Below are positions 1 through 8,428 of a DNA stretch of 31,240 bases, one piece after another. The DNA is from a virus (Duplodnaviria > Caudoviricetes). The stretch's first letter is position 1, and every line of letters begins with the position of its first letter. Under the pieces are notes generated by a model, which saw nothing but the letters and a program-made list of their open reading frames with translations, was not told where the DNA came from and did not search any database. The DNA lies in the IMG/VR virus record IMGVR_UViG_3300036985_004610, positions 1-31,240 of that record. One strand, 5' to 3'. Made by a program: the position numbers and the translations under genes.

Positions 1-79
1 TTTCGAGCATGGAGGCGAAACGGCGATAACCAGCAAGCGACCTGCCGACGTAATGTTTGGCGAACTGTTTAAACAATAA
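1..79 (+). CDS. 3' end of upstream gene, probably capsid scaffolding/assembly protein (partial)
   Basis: Frame from nt 2 reads FEHGGETAITSKRPADVMFGELFKQ-stop (TAA 77-79). It lies directly upstream of the major capsid gene; identity is inferred from position and the 'ADVMFG'-type C-terminus. Confidence 0.55.
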   Translation, partial: FEHGGETAITSKRPADVMFGELFKQ

Positions 80-94
80 TCGAGAGGTAACACC

Positions 95-1084
95 ATGGCA
101 CTGCTTAGCACCACAAGCCCCACCCTTGCCGATCTTGCGAAGCGACAAGACCCGGACGGCAAGATTGCTCAGATCATCGAGATCCTGAACATCCAAAACG
201 AAATGTTGCTGGATATTCCATGGATGGGCGCAAACGATGGCACCGGCCACCGCACCACAGTCCGCAGCGGCCTGCCTGCCGGCACCTGGCGCAAGTTGAA
301 CTATGGCGTCCAGCCTGAGAAGTCGACCACCGTGCAAGTGCGCGACGGCACCGGCATGCTTGAAACCTACGCCGAAGTTGACCGCGCCTTGGTTGATCTG
401 GCCGACGACAAAGCCGGCTGGATGATGAGCGAGCACAAAGCCTTCCTTGAAGGCTTAAGCCAGACAATGGCGACCCAGCTTATCTATGGTGACGCCTCGA
501 TCAACCCGGAAAAAATCACCGGCCTAACCCCGCGCTTCAACAGCCTAACCGCTGAAAACGGCGACAACATTATCGACGCTGGCGGCACCGGCTCGACCAA
601 TACGTCGATCTGGCTGGTTGCATGGGACGACACCACCGCGCACGGTATCTATCCACGCGGCTCTGTCGGCGGCCTGAAGCCGGGCGAGAACAAAGAAGAT
701 ACCTTGTTCGACGCCGCCGGCGGTCGATACGAAGGCTACCGCACCCACTACAAGTGGGACGCCGGCTTGGTTATTCGCGACTGGCGTTTCGTGGTTCGTA
801 TCGCCAACATCGACGTAACCCTGCTCAAGAAGGACGCGTCGAGCGGTGCCGATCTGGTTGATCTGATGGTGCGCGCACTGGAAACCCTGCCGAACGAGTC
901 GACCGGCATGCTGCGCTTCTATGTGCCTCGCGTGATCCGTTCGTATCTGCGCCGCCAAATCACCAACAAAGCCAACGTATGGCTGTCGATGGGCGAAGTG
1001 GCTGGCAAGAAAGTGCTGCAGTTTGACGACGTGCCGGTTCGCCGCATGGACGCCATTCTGTCCACCGAAGCCCGCGTGGTCTGA
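95..1084 (+). CDS. Major capsid protein (BPP-1 Bbp17 / epsilon15 gp7-like, HK97 fold)
   Basis: 329 aa with GAGG RBS. N-terminal 'PTLADLAKR.DPDGKIA.IIEIL...NEML.D', 'TSIWLVAW', 'YRTHYKWDAGL.IRDWR.VVRIANID' and C-terminal 'VPVRRMDAILSTEARVV' match this capsid family. Confidence 0.92.
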   Translation: MALLSTTSPTLADLAKRQDPDGKIAQIIEILNIQNEMLLDIPWMGANDGTGHRTTVRSGLPAGTWRKLNYGVQPEKSTTVQVRDGTGMLETYAEVDRALVDLADDKAGWMMSEHKAFLEGLSQTMATQLIYGDASINPEKITGLTPRFNSLTAENGDNIIDAGGTGSTNTSIWLVAWDDTTAHGIYPRGSVGGLKPGENKEDTLFDAAGGRYEGYRTHYKWDAGLVIRDWRFVVRIANIDVTLLKKDASSGADLVDLMVRALETLPNESTGMLRFYVPRVIRSYLRRQITNKANVWLSMGEVAGKKVLQFDDVPVRRMDAILSTEARVV

Positions 1085-1090
1085 TTTATC

Positions 1091-1110
1091 GCCGCTCGGC
1101 AACGGGCGGC
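1091..1110 (+). promoter_or_regulatory. GC-rich stem-loop with GCAA tetraloop just after the capsid gene (mRNA stabiliser or weak terminator)
   Basis: GCCGCTCG-GCAA-CGGGCGGC, an 8-bp stem with one G-U pair; no immediate U-tract. Confidence 0.6.
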
Positions 1111-1140
1111 ACACTTTCCCAGCTAAAGAGGATTCAACCC

Positions 1141-1578
1141 ATGGCTATCATTGATAAATTTCTACAGGTTTCAATCCTGCAGGCCATCACCGTAACCGCA
1201 CCGTCCACCGACGTAATCGACGCGGGCGCAACTAAGGCGGCCGGTATCGGGCGCGACATTGGTACTGGCGAACCGCTTTACCTTGAAGTGAACATTGCCT
1301 CAACCATGACCGGCGCCGGCACCCTTACCATCGCGCTGCAAGACTCTGCCGACAACTCGACGTTTGTTGACGTGCTAGCCCTGCCAGCAATTGCCGTCGC
1401 GTCCCTTACCGCTGGCAAGGCGTACTACATCCCGCTGCCAGCAGGCATGCGCCGGTACATCCGCGCAAACTACACAATTACTTCGGGTCCGTTCACTGGC
1501 GGCACGCTTAACGCGCAGATCGTTGATAGAATGAACTTCATCCGCGCAATGCCGGACGGCTTGACTAAGGTCGTTTAA
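1141..1578 (+). CDS. Capsid cement/decoration protein (Bbp16-like)
   Basis: 145 aa, beta-rich. 'IIDKFLQVS..QAIT.TA.STDVID', 'TLTIALQDSADNSTF' and 'RRYIRANYT' motifs; follows the capsid gene; GAGGA RBS. Confidence 0.85.
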   Translation: MAIIDKFLQVSILQAITVTAPSTDVIDAGATKAAGIGRDIGTGEPLYLEVNIASTMTGAGTLTIALQDSADNSTFVDVLALPAIAVASLTAGKAYYIPLPAGMRRYIRANYTITSGPFTGGTLNAQIVDRMNFIRAMPDGLTKVV

Positions 1579-1602
1579 CCACAGCCACTAACGGTGAAAG
1601 CA

Positions 1603-1983
1603 ATGGAAAAAAAACAAATCCGCGTGCGGGCAACCGCACAAGGTTTTAGCCGTCGGTTAATCGAGCGCGGCGAAGTGTTCACCATCGATAGCGCGGCGGC
1701 TTTTTCGCCGAACTGGATGGAGAAGGTTGGCGCCGACACAGAAGAAACCGAAACGCAGACGCTCAAGTACGGCATCAAGAGCAACGGCGGCGGGCGCTGG
1801 ATTGTTGTCAACAATGACGACGACTCACGCGCAAGCATTGCATTCAAGCCTGATCAGGGTGACGCGAAAGCACTGGCGCAAGCCGAGGCTAACCGCCTGA
1901 ATGCTGGCGGCACTCCACTGCTTGAATCAGCGCCGCAACAAGAAGACGGGCATAAAGCTGACGAAAGTTTGCCAGACGCTTAA
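1603..1983 (+). CDS. Hypothetical protein in the head cluster
   Basis: The ORF track starts at GTG 1594; ATG 1603, preceded by GGTGA, is the more likely start. Ends just before a terminator. Confidence 0.65.
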   Translation: MEKKQIRVRATAQGFSRRLIERGEVFTIDSAAAFSPNWMEKVGADTEETETQTLKYGIKSNGGGRWIVVNNDDDSRASIAFKPDQGDAKALAQAEANRLNAGGTPLLESAPQQEDGHKADESLPDA

Positions 1984-2008
1984 ACTAGGGGCGCGCCCCT
2001 CGCAATAC

Positions 2009-2036
2009 AAAGGGCGCTTCGGCGCCCTTTTTTATT
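2009..2036 (+). terminator. Rho-independent terminator after the high-copy head genes
   Basis: AAAGGGCGC-TTCG-GCGCCCTTT followed by TTTATT; cUUCGg tetraloop. Confidence 0.88.
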
Positions 2037-2048
2037 CTGGAGAACACC

Positions 2049-2327
2049 ATGGCCCAAACCGTACAGCTCGCAATTGGCACAACGACCGCCCAAAGTTCTG
2101 ACATCGTGATCGCCGCAGGCGCAACCGCTGTCGTCGGAATCTATGCCGACACCGGCAGCCAGCTTGACGGCAAAGCCCTGGCATACCTCTACCAGAAGAC
2201 CCCAGGGGAGCCCAACCTTCTCGATGTGCTGGACAGCACAAACCCAAGCGTTGAAGTAAAGGGCGCAAACACCGTCTATGTGCAGCGGGTACTGGCTGGC
2301 GCAGCATTCGGGGTGTTCTCGGAATGA
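2049..2327 (+). CDS. Small beta-rich virion protein, probable adaptor/partner of the downstream esterase
   Basis: 92 aa, GGAG RBS, ATGA overlap with the next gene. Confidence 0.6.
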   Translation: MAQTVQLAIGTTTAQSSDIVIAAGATAVVGIYADTGSQLDGKALAYLYQKTPGEPNLLDVLDSTNPSVEVKGANTVYVQRVLAGAAFGVFSE

Positions 2328-4372
2328 TCACGCGGCCGATAACTCGACCGCTTACAAGAGCAATCGCCAGCGCTATTACAGGAGGCTCCTACGAATCATC
2401 TAGTCAAGCATTCCCGGCCAAGTCGTTTTACTTCAACGACTTCACAGGAATTGCTAACAACACTAAGCTGCGCGATTTGCCGGGGTGGGCTGCATACAAC
2501 ACTCTCAATGCAACAACGGCAGAGCGTGACCAGTGGCAAATCCAATCGGAAGGACTCACCCGGATTAACGCCTCGCAGGACTATGACAGTAACCCCGGTA
2601 AGTTTGTGGTGGGGTATAACACTGGGTCTACCGACCATGTTATTAAGTTCACCCTAGTTACATTGCCTATATCCGGCGCTGATCTTACTGTCGTAGTTGC
2701 AGGCACAGACAACAAGAATGCCGTATATATAGGTAGCGCTAACTCAGGTGGCGTTATGCAGACACTCTATGCCAGTAAGAATACCGCAGGCACTGCAGTT
2801 AGCTTGAGCAGTGGTGTACCTGTCCCTGCTGGGTTAGGCCGACCAATCCAAGCTGGTGATAAGTTTGAGATACACGTACTAGGGTCTAAGCTACATATCC
2901 GTATTAACGAAATTCAGATAACGCCAGATGCTGGGTTTGACATAGATAGGACTACCAGCTTTACCAAGGGCAACTTGGTTGGTTTTGGCACGCGTGGCAA
3001 CTATGGCGTTGTTGTAGATGATGTATACATCGCCCCGATGGCAGCCGCTTTGTCCATCAATGCCCCGGCAGTTTTTATCCCGGGGTCTATGATCCTAGGC
3101 GGGCGCAGCGCACCAGTCTCAGGCACTTATTCCGGCACTGTATCAGCCTTAGATTATCGGGTGGTTAACTCTGTAACTGGTGCTGTGGTGAAGCCTTGGG
3201 CGCGAGTTACAGCACCTACCGTCGCTGGTGGCGTCTGGTCAGCTAGCGTCTTTGTCCCTATGTGTGACACGACAATTAACCCCAAGATTAAAATTCAGGT
3301 GCGAGCAGCTAACGACACTGACGCAACGGTCTTGTCCACAGCTACCTGTGTTGGCTTAACAGTTGGCGCATACGGTCAGAGTAACTCGGCTTATCGTGGG
3401 CAAGGTGCGGCGACATCGCACGCCGTGGCCCACTCATATACATGGTCATCAGATGCATCTAGTGTTTGGCAAAGCGGCGGGGCTACTACGACCCTTCGTT
3501 CTCAACTGTGGGCTACAAAGCTCGCTGCAATTACTGGTATCCCTTGTGGTGTTCTGGTACTGGGTAAAGGCTCTGCATCCATCCAGAATCTGACCACTAT
3601 CGACTGGGGAGTTGAGGCTCTAAACAAGACAATTGCTGCTAGCGCTAATGGGTATGTGGCATCGTGGCTATGGACGCAAGGCGAGTCTGAGGCTGCCGGC
3701 ACAGATGGAGTTAATATCTCTGAGTACCGTGGTCACTTCGACAACCTAATCGGGTTGCTTGGCGGGATAAGTGCAACTCCTACACCTAAGATTGGTATTT
3801 GTGTGATTGGTAAGAACACGGGGGCACACACATCAGGTGCAACTCTGGGTGCAGCTTATTGGTCTGGGCAGCGTGCTAACCTGTTCAATCTGACTGATAA
3901 ACCTAACGTGTATATCTCTACCAACCTGTCTGACGCCGCTATGATCGACAGTCTTCACTATACAGCCGACGCTTATGTAGAGAGTGGTCGCCGTGCCGCT
4001 CTTTCGATGGCTAAGGCTATGGGTTACAGCACGCATGATGGCCGCGGGCCATTACTATCTACCGCTACTCGTAGTGGTGCAGTTATTACCTTGCCTATCA
4101 ACCTCAATGGTGCTGTAAGCGTTGCCGGTACAGGGTTGACTAACTACGATGTGTCTGTGAATGACTTTGCAAGTAACCTCGCTACTACTAGCGTGGCAGT
4201 AGTTGGTAATAATCTGGTAATAACATTAGTAGCCGATCCAGCCGCTCCAGTTAAAGTCCGCAGCTTCTACGGTATGTCTTATGGCACTCCGACGCTAGCA
4301 ATCGGCACCTACGCTGATGGCACGACTATTCCGTTAGAGCCGATATTTAATTTCGTAGAATCAGGGGCGTAA
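2324..4372 (+). CDS. Virion-associated multidomain protein with an SGNH / sialate O-acetylesterase-like (SASA, CE6-like) domain
   Basis: 682 aa. Catalytic blocks GQSN (3374-3385), W.QGESE (3677-3691) and DSLH (3947-3958). N-terminal lectin-like beta region; many T-ending codons compared with neighbours. Confidence 0.8.
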   Translation: MITRPITRPLTRAIASAITGGSYESSSQAFPAKSFYFNDFTGIANNTKLRDLPGWAAYNTLNATTAERDQWQIQSEGLTRINASQDYDSNPGKFVVGYNTGSTDHVIKFTLVTLPISGADLTVVVAGTDNKNAVYIGSANSGGVMQTLYASKNTAGTAVSLSSGVPVPAGLGRPIQAGDKFEIHVLGSKLHIRINEIQITPDAGFDIDRTTSFTKGNLVGFGTRGNYGVVVDDVYIAPMAAALSINAPAVFIPGSMILGGRSAPVSGTYSGTVSALDYRVVNSVTGAVVKPWARVTAPTVAGGVWSASVFVPMCDTTINPKIKIQVRAANDTDATVLSTATCVGLTVGAYGQSNSAYRGQGAATSHAVAHSYTWSSDASSVWQSGGATTTLRSQLWATKLAAITGIPCGVLVLGKGSASIQNLTTIDWGVEALNKTIAASANGYVASWLWTQGESEAAGTDGVNISEYRGHFDNLIGLLGGISATPTPKIGICVIGKNTGAHTSGATLGAAYWSGQRANLFNLTDKPNVYISTNLSDAAMIDSLHYTADAYVESGRRAALSMAKAMGYSTHDGRGPLLSTATRSGAVITLPINLNGAVSVAGTGLTNYDVSVNDFASNLATTSVAVVGNNLVITLVADPAAPVKVRSFYGMSYGTPTLAIGTYADGTTIPLEPIFNFVESGA

Positions 4373-4373
4373 C

Positions 4374-5009
4374 ATGGCCAGTGAAGTCGATATTTACAAC
4401 ATGGCGCTGTCGCATATCGGCAGCACTGTAACCGTTGCGGACAAGCTGGAGCGAAGCCCGGAGCGCGTCATATGCTCGCGCTTTTACGAAACCTGCCGTG
4501 ACGCACTTCTCAGCTATAAGTCGTGCGACTGGCGATTCGCCGAAACGTCCGCCTTGCTGGCCGACCTTGGAACGCCACCTACAAACTGGCTCTACCGCTA
4601 TGCAATGCCAAACGACTGCATACGACCTATGTTTATCGTTGTGCCAGGACTGTTAAACCCTCGCGCCGATCAGATGGTTGTTTACCAGGTTGGGCACGCT
4701 GAAACTGGTCGCGTGGTTCTTACTAACTACCCAGCCGCAGAGCTTCGCTACATCAAGCGGCTAGAAGAAGCCGAACGCTTCCCATCCTACTTTGTAGAGG
4801 CTATGGCCTTGCGCCTTGCTTCACTTATCGCCATGCCGATTGCCAAGAGCAGCAGCTTGCGTGACGAGCTTGTACAGCGCGCAGAGCAGGCGGCGCAAAT
4901 AGCCATGGCCGCAACGATGAACGATGCACAGCCAGCGCAGGAGCCGCGAAGCTCATACGAGAGCGCAATCCACGGCCTTTCCGTCTACGGCGTGGAGATT
5001 AACCTTTGA
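4374..5009 (+). CDS. Tail tubular protein A / head-tail adaptor (T7 gp11-like)
   Basis: 211 aa. 'SEVDI.NMAL..IG', 'W.FA', 'W.YRYAMP.DC.R' and 'F.EAMA.RLA..IA.P' motifs; precedes the nozzle gene. Confidence 0.85.
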   Translation: MASEVDIYNMALSHIGSTVTVADKLERSPERVICSRFYETCRDALLSYKSCDWRFAETSALLADLGTPPTNWLYRYAMPNDCIRPMFIVVPGLLNPRADQMVVYQVGHAETGRVVLTNYPAAELRYIKRLEEAERFPSYFVEAMALRLASLIAMPIAKSSSLRDELVQRAEQAAQIAMAATMNDAQPAQEPRSSYESAIHGLSVYGVEINL

Positions 5010-7339
5010 CCACATCACTTAATCAGCCGAGTTTTAGCAAAGGCGAAATTGCCACTTCGCTAACATCGAGAACAGACCTCGAGGCCTACATGACGGCCTT
5101 GAAGAAGTGCCGCAACTTTATGGTTAGCCCATATGGCGGCGTCCTAAACCGGCCAGGCTTTGAATTTATAGCGCAGACAGAAGGCAATGAAGTGGCGCGA
5201 ATGATCCGCTTCAAGTTCAGCGCTAGCGATACCTATGCGCTGGAGTTCACGCACTTAAAAATGCGCGTCTACCGCAATGGTGGCTTGGTTCTTTCTGGTA
5301 TGTCGCCATTCGTTTTAACTACGCCATTTACCCGCGACGAATTGCTGGCAATCCGCTTCACGCAGTCAGCCGACGTTATGGATATGGTTCACCCGAACCA
5401 CAAGCCACAAAAGCTAAAGCGCTTCGATCACGACAACTGGACAATCAGTGATGCAGTGCTAGTGCCATCGATTGCCGCGCCCGCAAGCGCAACAGCTACC
5501 GCTACAGCAGGCACTGGAGCAACGCAGGTATGGAGCTACCAAATAACAGCCATCAAGGATGACGGCAGCAACAACATAGAAGAATCGCTACCCGTAACAT
5601 CAAACGCAATCACTGTGTTTGCCAGCACCCTGCAGGGCGGAATAGTCTGGCCGGCAGTAGTCGGCGCGAACTACTACCACATTTACAAGGACAACGCAGG
5701 GGCGGGCATTTACGGCTTTATCGGCAGAGCTTCAACCTTGTCATTCACCGATAACAACATAATCCCGCTAAAAGCCGACACGCCGCCAACTGGCGCCGAT
5801 CCTTTTGTTGGAGTGAATAATTACCCTGGCGCCGTTGGCTACTTCCAGCAGCGACTCGTCTACGCCGGCACCAACAACAAGCCGCAGACGCTGTGGTTCA
5901 GCCGCCCAGGTATCTTTAATAACTTCGGCGTTTCATTCCCGACCAAGGATGACGACGCAATCACATGGACAATCGCCAGCAACGAAGTTAACCGCGTTAA
6001 TCACGTCGCACCGCTGCGCTCGCTGCTTACGTTTACCGACGGCGCAGAAGTAATTATCCAGGGAACATCTGCCGGCCTCACGCCAAAGACCATAAACGGC
6101 GAGGCGCAAACCTATAACGGAATCGGCCAGCTCAGGCCGCTAACGATCAGTGACACAGCGCTTTATGCTCAGGAGCGCGGCCGAGAAGTTACGGCATTCG
6201 GCTACAGTCTGCAGGCCGACGGATTTAGCGGATCTGACATAAGCATTTTGTCGCCTCACATGCTTGAAGACTACGGTCTTATCGATTGGGATTATCAGAA
6301 AATCCCCTACAGCATTGTATGGGGCGTGCGCGAGGACGGCGACCTTATCGGCATTACCTACTTGCAGGAGCAGCGCGTAACAGGCTGGCATAGCCACAGC
6401 ACTGACGGCCTGTTCAAGTCGATCTGTTCAGTTCCGGAGGGGCGCGAAGACTACCTATATGCTTGCGTAGAGCGCACCGTCAACGGAGTGACGAAGCGGT
6501 ACGTCGAACGCAGCACGTCGCGCACACCAGTACGCTATGAAGGCGCAGCCATCATTGCAAAGTCATTCTTTGTCGATAGCGGCCTAATCTACGACGGCGC
6601 CAACACTACAGCCGAAACCATGACGCTAACAGGTGGCACGAACTGGAAATACCCGGAAACGCTCACGCTAACCAGCTCGAACGGCTCGCGCTTTGTCGCT
6701 GGCGATGCGGGCGACGAGATCCAGTATCTTGAAACGCCTGCATCTGATCCGTTCCGGCTGAAAATCATCGCCTACACAAGTGGCGGCGTGGTTAGCGTGC
6801 GACCTGCCGGCGTAGTGCCTGCGCAGATACGCGGAATTGCGTTTTCAGGCTGGTCGTTTGCGCGCAACACATTCAGCGGACTAACTCACCTTGAAGGCAA
6901 GAAGGTGGCGATACTGGCCGACGGCAACGTGGTGGCGCAGCAGACCGTCACGGCCGGAACCATCACAATCCCAACCCCGGCCGGCATTGTCGTTATCGGC
7001 CTACCATACACCAGTGAAATCGAAACACTAGAAATCACCTACCCAGGCCAAGAGACTTTGCTTGATAAGCGCAAGATTATTGCAGGCGTCACGGTAATGC
7101 TCGAAGACTCACGCGGCGGACTGTTTGGCCGGTCCAGCAACCCAGATGATCTATGGGAAGCCAAGCAGCGCACGGACTCAGACAACTACGGCAGCATTGA
7201 TGCCATCACCGGCAAGCAAAAGACCACCATAACAGACACCTGGCTTGGCACAGGCCGCGTTGTTGTGCAGCAAAATGATCCGCTGCCAATGAGCATCCTA
7301 GCCATTATCCCGCAGACGGATATAGGCGGTGCCTATTGA
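5006..7339 (+). CDS. Tail tubular protein B / nozzle (T7 gp12-like)
   Basis: 777 aa, TTG start (TTGA overlap, GGAG RBS at 4994-4997). 'QPSFSKGEI', 'GGVLNRPGFEF', 'YP.AVGYFQQRL' and C-terminal 'Q.DPLPMSILAI' motifs. Confidence 0.88.
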   Translation: MTTSLNQPSFSKGEIATSLTSRTDLEAYMTALKKCRNFMVSPYGGVLNRPGFEFIAQTEGNEVARMIRFKFSASDTYALEFTHLKMRVYRNGGLVLSGMSPFVLTTPFTRDELLAIRFTQSADVMDMVHPNHKPQKLKRFDHDNWTISDAVLVPSIAAPASATATATAGTGATQVWSYQITAIKDDGSNNIEESLPVTSNAITVFASTLQGGIVWPAVVGANYYHIYKDNAGAGIYGFIGRASTLSFTDNNIIPLKADTPPTGADPFVGVNNYPGAVGYFQQRLVYAGTNNKPQTLWFSRPGIFNNFGVSFPTKDDDAITWTIASNEVNRVNHVAPLRSLLTFTDGAEVIIQGTSAGLTPKTINGEAQTYNGIGQLRPLTISDTALYAQERGREVTAFGYSLQADGFSGSDISILSPHMLEDYGLIDWDYQKIPYSIVWGVREDGDLIGITYLQEQRVTGWHSHSTDGLFKSICSVPEGREDYLYACVERTVNGVTKRYVERSTSRTPVRYEGAAIIAKSFFVDSGLIYDGANTTAETMTLTGGTNWKYPETLTLTSSNGSRFVAGDAGDEIQYLETPASDPFRLKIIAYTSGGVVSVRPAGVVPAQIRGIAFSGWSFARNTFSGLTHLEGKKVAILADGNVVAQQTVTAGTITIPTPAGIVVIGLPYTSEIETLEITYPGQETLLDKRKIIAGVTVMLEDSRGGLFGRSSNPDDLWEAKQRTDSDNYGSIDAITGKQKTTITDTWLGTGRVVVQQNDPLPMSILAIIPQTDIGGAY

Positions 7340-7791
7340 TCGAAGTCAGAGCGCTCGCGCAGCACGATATTGTGCACATGCTCGGCATTATCCGGTCGCA
7401 CGACATTATGGAGATCGAGCAGGGTTGTGGCATGGGTATACGCGAGGCGCTGGAGTACGGCCTAGAGCACAGCATCGGCGCATTGTTGATGCTTGGCGAT
7501 GGCCTGCCGCTAGCAGCGCTTGGCGATGTTCCTCACGGCAATATCGGCGTGCCTTGGCTAATCAGCACCAACCACATCGAGAGGCATGCTCGCGGCTTCC
7601 TTCGCGCCTGCCGTCCGTTGTTCGAGCAGATGGCAAAACGCCATGACGTACTGACCAACTATGTCGACGCGCGCAACCTAACCGCCATCCGCTGGCTTGG
7701 ATGGTTAGGCTTTGAGTTTGGCGAACCTGTCGCATACGGCCCGCATGGCTTACCATTCAAGCAATTCACCTATCAACGAGGCCGTGATTAA
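7336..7791 (+). CDS. T7 gp13-like internal virion protein A / GNAT-fold acetyltransferase
   Basis: 151 aa, TTG start in a TTGA overlap. 'GVPWLIST' and 'LTNYVDARN..AIRWL.WLGFEF' motifs; canonical position between nozzle and ejection proteins. Confidence 0.82.
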   Translation: MIEVRALAQHDIVHMLGIIRSHDIMEIEQGCGMGIREALEYGLEHSIGALLMLGDGLPLAALGDVPHGNIGVPWLISTNHIERHARGFLRACRPLFEQMAKRHDVLTNYVDARNLTAIRWLGWLGFEFGEPVAYGPHGLPFKQFTYQRGRD

Positions 7792-8290
7792 CATGGAACC
7801 CGTGTTGGATTTCTGCATTTTGCCTAGCTAAAGCAGCAGCCTCTACGTTTTTGAAACAGCCTAGATGGCGAGCCTTGCCATCTACAACTATCTGCGCAAC
7901 CCAGCAATCATTATGAGAGTGGCGGTGAACGCCTATAACGCCAGAACTATTAGTTCGTGGCAGGCTTATATTTTTACCGTTAACGCTGTTCGTAGCCTCT
8001 CGCAGATTTGAAAACCTATTATCAGACCTGTCATGGTTGATATGGTCAATCTGATCTTTTGGCCACTCTCCAGTCATGTAAAGCCATGCGAGTCTATGGC
8101 CTTGGTGGATTTTTCCGAAAATTGAAATCCTTACATAGCCCTGCGTGTTTATATAACCCATCACGGTTCCGGCCTTCCAGCGCGCAAATTTAGCGCCAAA
8201 CTGATTTTGGCCGCGGCTTATTCTTCTGGTAAAAACTCCAGTAGACTGGTCATACGAAACAAATTCTTTTAGCTTTTCTTGATTTAGCAT
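7766..8290 (-). CDS. Free-standing HNH homing endonuclease with C-terminal AP2 DNA-binding domain
   Basis: 174 aa. 'HRLAWLYMTGEWP..QIDHINH.RSDNR.SNLREAT...N' (HNH) and 'NSSGVIGV......WVAQI...GK..HLG.F...EAAA.AR' (AP2). Antisense to the operon, AT-richer, GAAGG RBS; overlaps the gp13-like 3' end by 26 nt. Confidence 0.92.
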   Translation of the reverse strand: MLNQEKLKEFVSYDQSTGVFTRRISRGQNQFGAKFARWKAGTVMGYINTQGYVRISIFGKIHQGHRLAWLYMTGEWPKDQIDHINHDRSDNRFSNLREATNSVNGKNISLPRTNSSGVIGVHRHSHNDCWVAQIVVDGKARHLGCFKNVEAAALARQNAEIQHGFHVNHGLVDR

Positions 8291-8296
8291 TTGGTA

Positions 8297-8376
8297 CCTT
8301 CAGTCAAAGGCAGTCGAGAGGAATAGCGGAGGCCATTGACTAGATGGTTTTCAGGTTGCATCCCTATCCGCTATCC
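8297..8376 (-). ncRNA. Putative structured 5' leader (three-way junction) of the HNH gene
   Basis: ATAGCGGA (8323-8330) pairs with TCCGCTAT (8367-8374), enclosing CCAT-TGACTAG-ATGG (8333-8347) and AGG-N7-CCT (8353-8365). The loop is complementary to the CAGTC repeats at 8301 and 8311. Confidence 0.55.
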
Positions 8377-8378
8377 TG

Positions 8379-8407
8379 AGCATATCGACAACCAAGACAG
8401 CAGGCAA
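8379..8407 (-). promoter_or_regulatory. sigma70-like promoter for the HNH gene
   Basis: Minus strand TTGCCT (8407-8402), 17-nt spacer, TATGCT (8384-8379). Confidence 0.6.
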
Positions 8408-8428
8408 TGCCTGTAAAGGAAGTGACTT

